Shown piece by piece: positions 8,092 through 14,868 of a DNA stretch of 41,718 nt. The DNA is from Candidatus Nomurabacteria bacterium. GTDB taxonomy: Bacteria > Patescibacteriota > Minisyncoccia > Phycocordibacterales > UBA9973. The notes under the pieces were generated by a model, which saw nothing but the letters and a program-made list of their open reading frames with translations, ran no database searches and had not been told where the DNA came from. Position 1 is the stretch's first letter, and each line of letters begins with the position of its first letter. The translations under genes were made by a program, and so were the position numbers. The DNA lies in the NCBI GenBank assembly GCA_023898605.1, contig CP060230.1, forward strand, positions 197,944 to 239,661, read 5' to 3'.

Positions 8092-8337
8092 TTAATCGAT
8101 AATATCACAAAACTCTTCGGCAAAAGTTACCTTTTCCTGAAGAATTGCTTTTTCCCAATACGAGGCTGCTTCTTCTCTTCCCAATAATCTCAAAGCGGCA
8201 ATTGCATCTTGAGAGAGGACTTCGAAATCACCGTCTATATTTTTTTTCTGAAAAGGCATTTCTGCACCAAGCCACTGCTTTGATATGCCTATACTTGCAA
8301 AACTCCTAGGAATTCTCACAATTCGTATTTTACTCAT
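8092..8337 (-). CDS. Hypothetical protein (81 aa)
   Basis: ORF only. No motif recognised. Confidence 0.4.
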   Translation of the reverse strand: MSKIRIVRIPRSFASIGISKQWLGAEMPFQKKNIDGDFEVLSQDAIAALRLLGREEAASYWEKAILQEKVTFAEEFCDIID

Positions 8338-8376
8338 AAAAAGATCATTTTGATTAAAGTTGTAGAGATACTAACA

Positions 8377-8397
8377 TTTTGTGCCAAAAACACAAAA
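8377..8397. repeat. Hairpin ttttgtg-ccaaaaa-cacaaaa (same core motif as the 5706 and 6073 palindromes)
   Basis: Read directly in an intergenic region. Confidence 0.7.
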
Positions 8398-8482
8398 TAC
8401 TAAAATTATTTTACCTTGACTCTATGGACAAAGCACATCTTTTCGTTGTTCTGTCCTGATCTGATCTGAAGAAAAATCATCA

Positions 8483-8513
8483 AGGAGTAATGAGAAATCA
8501 TTACTCCTTTTTT
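8483..8513. terminator. Strong hairpin terminator (aggagtaatga-gaaa-tcattactcct + T-run)
   Basis: Perfect 11-bp stem and GAAA loop. The T-run is on the plus strand (8508-8513). It lies 21 nt downstream of the minus-strand operon's stop (8534). In the minus orientation the U-tract is displaced. Confidence 0.6.
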
Positions 8514-8533
8514 GTTTTATATCCTCTAAAGAA

Positions 8534-9121
8534 CTAGAACTTGTGGATTTCGTGTATTTGCGACATTAGAGCTTTTTGAAATCCTGCAAATGCGTTCGTT
8601 TCCTCTCTATAAAAATCAAAATCGACTTGGGTGTATGAAGAAATCATAAACTTACTATCAGTCAAAAACTGTTTGTATTTTATAGAGTGATCAAATATCT
8701 TTTGTGAAAAGCCTTTTTTTGATGAATAAGAGATTTCAAGTTGTGATCGTATAGAGTCAAGCTTTAACTCAGCATCAAAAAAGTTGTAAATTACGGCATC
8801 TCTGTGCTTATTTTCAACAGCAGTACCTTGTGAGAACAATTCGGATATTATTTTATGATTTTTCTCGATTAGACAAATAAGATCTTTCACTTCCTCTATC
8901 AAAAGCGATTTAATTCCACGATTGTCATCAATAGCTTTTTTAATCAAAAAAGGAACAAAGCAGGCTATTGAAATAGTTACAAGAAGAGAAATAAAATCTA
9001 GAGTATTGATAGTGTTGTCGATCGTGAAAGCACCTAGTTTACCTATGAGGTGATAATTCAAAATAATTAGTAGTAAATCACCAATTATCAGCAAAAGTGT
9101 AATGATCTTACTTTTTATCAT
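8534..9121 (-). CDS. Two-TM membrane protein with a ~130-aa helical soluble domain (third gene of the operon)
   Basis: The likely start is ATG 9121 (MIKSKIITLLLIIGDLLLIIL..), which overlaps the end of the upstream gene by 14 nt. The second hydrophobic helix is 'FISLLVTISIACFVPFLI'. The rest is predicted helical or charged. No family recognised. Confidence 0.6.
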   Translation of the reverse strand: MIKSKIITLLLIIGDLLLIILNYHLIGKLGAFTIDNTINTLDFISLLVTISIACFVPFLIKKAIDDNRGIKSLLIEEVKDLICLIEKNHKIISELFSQGTAVENKHRDAVIYNFFDAELKLDSIRSQLEISYSSKKGFSQKIFDHSIKYKQFLTDSKFMISSYTQVDFDFYREETNAFAGFQKALMSQIHEIHKF

Positions 9122-9449
9122 GAGTTCGAGGGTTTTTAATCTCAGCAATAATCTCATCAAGTCGAGTAGCACTATCGTCTGATTTAAACTCAATGTGCTT
9201 CAGAACTAAATCAGCAGTTTTACTCAGAGACAGCTTCCCAAATGAACCCGATATAAAAGAGGATGGATAACCCCAAACACCATCTAGGTCGATTAAGATT
9301 TTATAATCATCTTTTACAGCGCCTTCAAAAGCGCCCAGAAGTATATCCTCTAGAAAGGCTTGTCCTGAAAAATCACCATCTTCTCTATATCGAGCTCCTG
9401 GGGAGTCAGAGAAATCATTAGCTATTCTTATTTTCTTCTTTATTTCCAT
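9108..9449 (-). CDS. STAS-like DUF4325-type protein (second gene of the operon)
   Basis: The likely start is ATG 9449 (MEIKKKIRIAN..), 4 nt after the stop of the upstream gene. 'SPGARYREDGDFSGQAF..' and 'YKILIDLDGVWGYPSSFISGSFGKL' fit the DUF4325 (STAS-like) pattern as I remember it. Confidence 0.6.
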   Translation of the reverse strand: MEIKKKIRIANDFSDSPGARYREDGDFSGQAFLEDILLGAFEGAVKDDYKILIDLDGVWGYPSSFISGSFGKLSLSKTADLVLKHIEFKSDDSATRLDEIIAEIKNPRTHDKK

Positions 9450-9453
9450 ATGT

Positions 9454-10506
9454 TTATACGTTGACCAACTCCCAATGTAGGAACGTCCCATCAAAGTCAT
9501 AATCCAAGGACTCGTTCAAACTGTTAGTTAAGTCCATTTTAACATTATTTGTAATAATATAAAACGATTTAAACCAAGGATCTTTTGAGTGTCCTACAAT
9601 CTGGGGTATGCCTTTACCCCTTAACTCTCGATCCTTTTCAATACGAGAATGTATCTTACCTGCCAAAAGATCATCAACAAGATTTATATTTGGATACAGC
9701 CCAGTAATTTTAAGTAGTTTTGTAACGTAACTTTTTGTATGTGTACTTTTAAAGATACCAACCCCCAAATCAATGAAAGTATATGATGTAGAGTTTGTGA
9801 TTGGATTATTATAAACATATAACCACCAACGACATTCTCCTTGTTTACTTAGGTTTGCGTGATTGTGGGTGTTTGCCATACATTCAATCAGGATTTCGTA
9901 GAGAGATGAGTGGATATCATAGGACTCAGCATCGGGTTTTGATTTTTTATACACGTTTTCCATTCCGATGATACAGGCATTTTTCGCTATTTTCTCGACT
10001 ACTTTTTGAGCAAACTCTTTGTGTAACAGGTTTCCGGGTTGGGCTTTTTTAAAACTTACTGCTTTAGTAATATGTTCGTAAAAACCAGACTCGGTAAAGA
10101 TTTTCTTTAGATCATCTTTTTTTGGCTCATTACCCCTAGAATTTCCTGTAGAAGTAAACTTCGGGCTTTTTATACTTGCAACTAATAATGCAACTGTGTC
10201 AGGTGTCATTTGAGAAACATCGGAAATATCAAAGTTCACATTTTTCTTTCCGTAAAAGATTTTTTTGGCATCATTAAAATACTTCAGAACCTCGTTCGTG
10301 TTATTTATAAAGGAGAAATTATCAGGTGCCTTGTGTTCAATGTAGGGCGCTATCTGATGTTTTTTTACAGCAACAAAATGACGATGTTTTGCAACGCCCT
10401 TGTTTTTCTTTCTGTTTTTCCATTTAGCTTTGTGTCTTTTTTCTTGATACCTTTTTCGTATTAAAAATAAAGTCCAAGCAGTACTATTTTTCGTAAGTCT
10501 CTTCAT
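9454..10506 (-). CDS. GHKL (histidine-kinase-like) ATPase with an N-terminal basic tail and a STAS-like segment (first gene of the operon)
   Basis: N-box 'ECMANTHNHA' (E-x3-N-x3-HA), G1 'FIDLGVGIF' (DxGxG), G2 'RGKGIPQI'. Upstream is 'NFDISDVSQMTPDTVALLVASI' (STAS-like). The first ~45 aa are Lys/Arg-rich. No HisKA or receiver domain is apparent. Confidence 0.6.
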   Translation of the reverse strand: MKRLTKNSTAWTLFLIRKRYQEKRHKAKWKNRKKNKGVAKHRHFVAVKKHQIAPYIEHKAPDNFSFINNTNEVLKYFNDAKKIFYGKKNVNFDISDVSQMTPDTVALLVASIKSPKFTSTGNSRGNEPKKDDLKKIFTESGFYEHITKAVSFKKAQPGNLLHKEFAQKVVEKIAKNACIIGMENVYKKSKPDAESYDIHSSLYEILIECMANTHNHANLSKQGECRWWLYVYNNPITNSTSYTFIDLGVGIFKSTHTKSYVTKLLKITGLYPNINLVDDLLAGKIHSRIEKDRELRGKGIPQIVGHSKDPWFKSFYIITNNVKMDLTNSLNESLDYDFDGTFLHWELVNV

Positions 10507-10562
10507 ATATCAATTACCGACACAACGTACAATTGTTCTGGTCAGGTACTTAAAACAACATC

Positions 10563-10571
10563 ATTCTATCA
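10563..10571 (-). promoter_or_regulatory. Extended -10 element TGATAGAAT upstream of the three-gene operon
   Basis: Read on the minus strand, about 55 nt upstream of ATG 10506. It is divergent from the 10601 element. Confidence 0.3.
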
Positions 10572-10600
10572 TTTTTGAACTTAAAAATTAAGCCAGAAAA

Positions 10601-10609
10601 TGCTATAAT
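10601..10609 (+). promoter_or_regulatory. Extended -10 element TGCTATAAT, 6 nt upstream of ATG 10616
   Basis: Consensus TGnTATAAT read directly. Confidence 0.45.
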
Positions 10610-10615
10610 TTCAAT

Positions 10616-10856
10616 ATGCAAAAGATGGAACTCGCCAATAGAAACGGTTTGAAAATCGTAGGAGTACTAGAGAGTAAAAATGAAGCTCCTAGGGGTACTT
10701 GTATTGTTCAACATGGCTGGGGTGGGCATAGAGACAAGGATACCGTACAAGCAATAAAAAATGCTTTTCTTGATGCTGGTTTTCAGACATTCAACTTTGA
10801 TGCTACGCACTCGTTTGGTGAAAGTGATAGTGACTTTGAACAATCAATATCGTTTG
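10616..10856 (+). pseudogene. N-terminal fragment (~80 aa) of an alpha/beta-fold hydrolase, truncated at the tRNA-Glu 3' end
   Basis: 'GLKIVGVLE....GTCIVQHGWGGHRDKDTVQAIKNAFLDAGFQTFNFDATHSFGESDSDFEQS' looks like the first third of a ~220-250-aa hydrolase, and the nucleophile elbow is missing. The track ORF runs on to 10894 only by reading the tRNA antisense. Confidence 0.6.
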
Positions 10857-10928
10857 TGACCCTACGGGGAATCGAACCCCGATTACCGGCTTGAGAAGCC
10901 GATGTCCTAACCGTTAGACGATAGGGCC
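10857..10928 (-). tRNA. tRNA-Glu (anticodon CUC)
   Basis: Hand-folded cloverleaf. Acceptor GGCCCTA/TAGGGTC (one G-U), D-arm GTCT/GGAC with a GG loop, anticodon stem TCGGC/GCCGG with loop TTCTCAA, and T-arm GGGGT-TCGATTC-CCCCG. Discriminator is A. CCA is not encoded. Confidence 0.9.
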
Positions 10929-11021
10929 ATACTTTCCACGCAAAAATGAGTGGAAAGTGGATTTTTTAACAAAAAACAATCGAGAGAGATAATAACATTT
11001 TATAACTATTTTTCAAGAGTA

Positions 11022-12779
11022 TTATCTATCCGGCGGGATGTCGTAATAGTTGATCAAGAACTTAACTGTATCGAAAAACGATTCTCCAAGTGTCTGGGAT
11101 GAATATCTCGCACCAATAGGCTCTTTTATGAAATAAAAGACAAGATATTCTGGATCATATGCTGGGAAGTAACCAAATATAGAGTGTAGATACCTACTCT
11201 CATAATAGCCACCGTTTACAGGATCAGGAATCTGGGCAGTACCCGTTTTGCCCGCAACGCTGTGAGTTGGGATTTTGTAAGAGCCGCTATTCATAGAATC
11301 TAGAACCTCTACAAGCATTCTAGTAATCTCCTCGCTTGTTTCAGGATTGATATTTGACCTCTCTTGTTTATCCCATTTTAGCTCCTTTTCCTTGCCCTCG
11401 TATATGAGCTTTTTGCCTATATGGAGATTCGGTAGCTCACCGTCGTTTGCAAGCGCTGAGAAGGCTCTCACGGCCTCAAAAGGCGTTATGGCGATACCTT
11501 GTCCAAACGATGCTGTGGCATATTCTAGCTGTCTCGGACTATACAAGTTCGAGACCTTACCAGATATCTCACTAGGCAGGTCCACTCCTGTCGGCTCGTC
11601 TATTCCATATCCTAGGAGATAATCTCTCACTCTGTCTTTGCCGAGTTTGTCTGCTACAAAAACCATACCAGTGTTTAGAGACTGGTTTAGAACATCTTGC
11701 ATTGTTGCAGTACCTCTACCCTTCTTGTCGAAGTTATATATAGTCTTGTCTTCTACCACAACAGATCCACCGTCATAGTATGATGTGTCTCTTGTCACAA
11801 CCTTGGAGTTTAGTGCTCCTGCCATAACAAGTGGCTTTATCACAGAACCAAACTCATAAATGTTAGAAGTAAATGGATTGATGAACGAACTTATAGTATT
11901 CACTTTTTCATACTCGTTCGGATCAAAAGACGGTACGAAAGATATCGCGATTATTTCTCCTGTTACAGGATCTAGTATCAAGGCACCAGCTGAAGTAGTG
12001 TTCCATCTCTCGGTTAGATCAAGAAGCGTGTTTCGCAAATAAATCTCTACATTTGGATCGATTGTTGTTATAAGGTTTGCATAACCACTTTTACCAGTGA
12101 TTATGTTTCGAACATTCAAGAATACTTCTGCAAACGGATTGATTGCCACAGAACCCTCGCCACCATCTAGCTCTTCGTTGTAGTATCTTTCTAGTCCGTA
12201 TCTACCAGAAAGTTTATCTCCTTCGAAACCAACAAAACCTACAGTTTGAGCTGCTATGTTGTCCCCTGGATAAAAGCGCCAGTTTTGCGCCGAAATATAA
12301 ACACCTGGTAGTTCTAACTCACTTATAGATACACCTTCGTCTTTGTCTATTTCATGATGCACTTCGTAGAACTTACCGTCAGCTTTTTCGATAGTAGAGT
12401 TATACTTCTCTTCGTCTATGTCTATATATTGTTTGAGTGCTTCTAGCGTTCCGTCTACATCTTCTATCTGGTTTGGAACTATCTGTAGTTTATAACCACT
12501 CTTGGTTGTAGCGAGGGCGATTAGTCCACCGTCTTTGTCTTCCATATAGATATCACCTCTCTTGAAAGTAGGTGATTTCTGACTAACATATTTTTCTTCG
12601 GCTTCTTTTCTGTATTCGTCAACATTCAAAACCTGTATAGTAAAAAGCTTCACTATAACTAAAAGAGAAAGGGCCATAAGCCCTATCGATAGAAAACGTA
12701 TTCTAGATATGTGGGTATTCTTTAGGTTATTCTTGAGAAATGACATAAGCAAGATCCTGCCCCTTGTCTGTATAAGCAA
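11022..12779 (-). CDS. ftsI: Class B penicillin-binding protein, division-specific transpeptidase (FtsI/PBP3-like)
   Basis: N-terminal TM. Motifs SxxK 'GSVIKP', SxN 'SLNTG' and KTG 'GKTGTAQ'. Its position after rsmH and the ftsL-like gene fits the dcw order. The start could be ATG 12746 instead of 12779. Confidence 0.85.
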   Translation of the reverse strand: MLIQTRGRILLMSFLKNNLKNTHISRIRFLSIGLMALSLLVIVKLFTIQVLNVDEYRKEAEEKYVSQKSPTFKRGDIYMEDKDGGLIALATTKSGYKLQIVPNQIEDVDGTLEALKQYIDIDEEKYNSTIEKADGKFYEVHHEIDKDEGVSISELELPGVYISAQNWRFYPGDNIAAQTVGFVGFEGDKLSGRYGLERYYNEELDGGEGSVAINPFAEVFLNVRNIITGKSGYANLITTIDPNVEIYLRNTLLDLTERWNTTSAGALILDPVTGEIIAISFVPSFDPNEYEKVNTISSFINPFTSNIYEFGSVIKPLVMAGALNSKVVTRDTSYYDGGSVVVEDKTIYNFDKKGRGTATMQDVLNQSLNTGMVFVADKLGKDRVRDYLLGYGIDEPTGVDLPSEISGKVSNLYSPRQLEYATASFGQGIAITPFEAVRAFSALANDGELPNLHIGKKLIYEGKEKELKWDKQERSNINPETSEEITRMLVEVLDSMNSGSYKIPTHSVAGKTGTAQIPDPVNGGYYESRYLHSIFGYFPAYDPEYLVFYFIKEPIGARYSSQTLGESFFDTVKFLINYYDIPPDR

Positions 12780-13065
12780 CTCCTACTGGTTCTACAAATC
12801 CCATATCAGCAAGTCTTTTCGAATTACTTATTTCTTGAATCTTCGAGAGGTAATCTATTTGCATAACAGAAAGATCTGTCTTTGCATCTCTAGAATCCTT
12901 TCTCAGGCTCTCTGACTTCACAGCATACGAAGCGGATACACCTATTATATAGAAATATGAGAAAATCCCCAAAAACATAGCCAGTACCATCCTGTTGGAG
13001 TAAACTTTGTATTTATTTTTTTTGTTTCTTTTTCCCATTTTATTTGTTTGATTAATTTTTTTCAA
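12727..13065 (-). CDS. FtsL-like small bitopic membrane protein
   Basis: Basic N-terminus, a single TM (MVLAMFLGIFSYFYIIGV) and a short extracytoplasmic helical region. It sits in the canonical slot between rsmH and ftsI. The assignment rests on position only. Confidence 0.5.
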   Translation of the reverse strand: MKKINQTNKMGKRNKKNKYKVYSNRMVLAMFLGIFSYFYIIGVSASYAVKSESLRKDSRDAKTDLSVMQIDYLSKIQEISNSKRLADMGFVEPVGVAYTDKGQDLAYVISQE

Positions 13066-13948
13066 AAATTCTTAGTTTTGCACTTCTAGATCTAGGATTT
13101 TCTAGAACTTCTTCTCTAGAAGGTTTGATAACTTTTTTGTTTACTCGCTTCCCTTTTCCTTCTTCTTCGAATCTAGAAAAGATTCTTTTGATCAGTCTGT
13201 CTTCTAAGCTATGAAATGTTATGACAGCTATCTTTCCGTTTGGTGCGAGCTTTTCTAATACATCGTTTAGACTTTGCTCTACAGCACCAAGCTCGTCGTT
13301 TACAGCTATCCTTATCGCTTGAAAAGTCTTGGTTGCGGGATTTATCTTGCCGTTTCGGTAAAACCCAGGAACACTACTCTTGATACATTCGACGAGTTCT
13401 AGGGTTGTCTCAAATCTTTTCGTCTTTCTTCTTTCGACGATAGACTTGGCGATTCTTCTAGCGAATCTTTCTTCTCCGTAACCTTCGATTATAGAAACTA
13501 GACTTTCTTCACTCCAGTCATTTACGACATCTTCTGCTGAAAATAGATTTGAATCATCGTCAGAGAGTGTCATAGAGAGTGGTTCATCTTTTTGAAAAGT
13601 GAATCCCCTACCAGAGGCGTCTATCTGGTATGAGCTCACGCCGAGGTCGTATACGATGCCGTTTATTTCTTTTACATTTTGTTCTTCGAGGAATTGTTTT
13701 ATGTTTCGAAAATCTCCTTGGATCGCGCGAAAGTGGCAGTGCGCAAACTTGGATAGTCGTTCCTCAGAACTTTTTATGGCAAACGAATCTTTGTCTATTC
13801 CGATGAGAGTTATGTTTTTGTTTGATTGGCATATCTTTTCGCTGTGCCCACCAAAACCTAGTGTTGCATCGATATATACTCCTCCTTCTTTGATAGAAAG
13901 TCCTTCTATTGCTTCATTTAAAAGTACTGTTTTGTGGTGTAGACTCAT
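13052..13948 (-). CDS. rsmH: 16S rRNA (cytosine1402-N4)-methyltransferase RsmH (MraW)
   Basis: 'HKTVLLNEAIEGL', 'YIDATLGFGGHSE', 'DLGVSSYQID', 'ITFHSLEDRLIK'. It follows mraZ. Confidence 0.95.
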   Translation of the reverse strand: MSLHHKTVLLNEAIEGLSIKEGGVYIDATLGFGGHSEKICQSNKNITLIGIDKDSFAIKSSEERLSKFAHCHFRAIQGDFRNIKQFLEEQNVKEINGIVYDLGVSSYQIDASGRGFTFQKDEPLSMTLSDDDSNLFSAEDVVNDWSEESLVSIIEGYGEERFARRIAKSIVERRKTKRFETTLELVECIKSSVPGFYRNGKINPATKTFQAIRIAVNDELGAVEQSLNDVLEKLAPNGKIAVITFHSLEDRLIKRIFSRFEEEGKGKRVNKKVIKPSREEVLENPRSRSAKLRIFEKN

Positions 13949-13950
13949 AA

Positions 13951-14385
13951 CTAAAGTATTCCTACTTGTCCCAGTTTTTCAGCCAAAGTGTCGGCTTCTT
14001 TCTCTATAGAGTTTTTGTACTTGTTCCAAGAATCAACGTTCCAAAGTTCGACCCTATTGTCTACACCGATGATCGCAACTTTGCCCTTGATACTGGAGCG
14101 CTCTACAAGAAACTGAGGTACAAGTATTCTGCCGATAGAGTCAACCGAAGCCTCTACCGCATTACCGAAAAGAAGACGGGAAAAACTTCGGTTGTCACTT
14201 TGGAGCATCGATGATTCACGAAGTCTTTGTGAGACTCTTTCCCACTCATTCTTGGTGAACATAGCGATACACTTATCCAAACCTATAGCCAAGATCACAC
14301 TTTTTCCGAGTTCTTTTCTGAACTTTGCCGGAAGTGAAACGCGATTTTTTTCGTCTATTGTATGGATAAATTCTCCTATCAGCAT
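13951..14385 (-). CDS. mraZ: Transcriptional regulator MraZ
   Basis: Two SpoVT/AbrB-like halves with the DxxxR signature ('IDEKNRVSLP', 'VDSIGRILVP'). First gene of the dcw block. Confidence 0.95.
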   Translation of the reverse strand: MLIGEFIHTIDEKNRVSLPAKFRKELGKSVILAIGLDKCIAMFTKNEWERVSQRLRESSMLQSDNRSFSRLLFGNAVEASVDSIGRILVPQFLVERSSIKGKVAIIGVDNRVELWNVDSWNKYKNSIEKEADTLAEKLGQVGIL

Positions 14386-14425
14386 ATATACCCCCGTGGA
14401 AACTTTTTTAGAATATTTTTGATAT

Positions 14426-14461
14426 TCCCACTAATTCCCACTTGATACCATTATATCCCAC
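14426..14461 (-). promoter_or_regulatory. Three direct GTGGGA repeats (MraZ boxes) overlapping a TATAAT -10 box upstream of mraZ
   Basis: On the plus strand tcccac occurs at 14426-14431, 14436-14441 and 14456-14461, giving 10- and 20-nt phasing. A minus-strand TATAAT lies at 14450-14455. Confidence 0.6.
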
Positions 14462-14609
14462 AATCAACCAATGCACCACCACAAAATACCACTTTTCCAC
14501 AGAGAAAATGGTTGGAAAATATATTATTTGAAACAAACGTTTATTAGAATAATTACTTTACAAAAAACCTATAATGATGTATGGTATATATTAAATAAAA
14601 ACGCACATT

Positions 14610-14831
14610 ATGGGAAAACAAAGAAGTACTGTGGCTGCGAATATTATAAACAGGCACCTCAGAAGCGGTGCTGGTATCGCTATAGTGAACGGAGAATTTC
14701 AGGTTCACCGGGTACCGAATATTTCCGGTGAGCAAAAAAAAGATAACCCCGGCCTTCTGGTGGTTATAACACCATCCGTAAAAAGGCAGCTCGATCTTTC
14801 TGATCGGGACATTGAAACACTGATGGACTAA
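14610..14831 (+). CDS. Hypothetical 73-aa protein (orphan, G+C-richer by eye)
   Basis: The ORF is followed directly by a bidirectional terminator. No family recognised. It competes with the overlapping ORF 14471..14731. Confidence 0.35.
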   Translation: MGKQRSTVAANIINRHLRSGAGIAIVNGEFQVHRVPNISGEQKKDNPGLLVVITPSVKRQLDLSDRDIETLMD

Positions 14832-14868
14832 AAAACAAAAGCCGATGCTGTACGCATCGGCTTTTTTT
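14831..14868. terminator. Bidirectional rho-independent terminator (gccgatgc-tgtac-gcatcggc)
   Basis: 8-bp GC-rich stem at 14841-14861, with an A-run before and a T7 run after. It serves lysS (minus) and the 73-aa ORF (plus). Confidence 0.7.

Larger units (their letters stand above)
5263..10856. other. Putative horizontally acquired accessory segment abutting the 3' end of tRNA-Glu
   Basis: It contains only non-housekeeping or orphan genes between trxB and tRNA-Glu. Composition is visibly heterogeneous (5300-6100 is G+C-richer by eye). A truncated hydrolase gene sits at the tRNA-proximal edge. No integrase and no clear att repeat were found. Confidence 0.45.

Noticed and set aside
7724-8095. 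123-aa plus-strand ORF
   Set aside because: It overlaps the YdeI/OmdA gene start and a minus-strand terminator. It has no promoter or terminator of its own.
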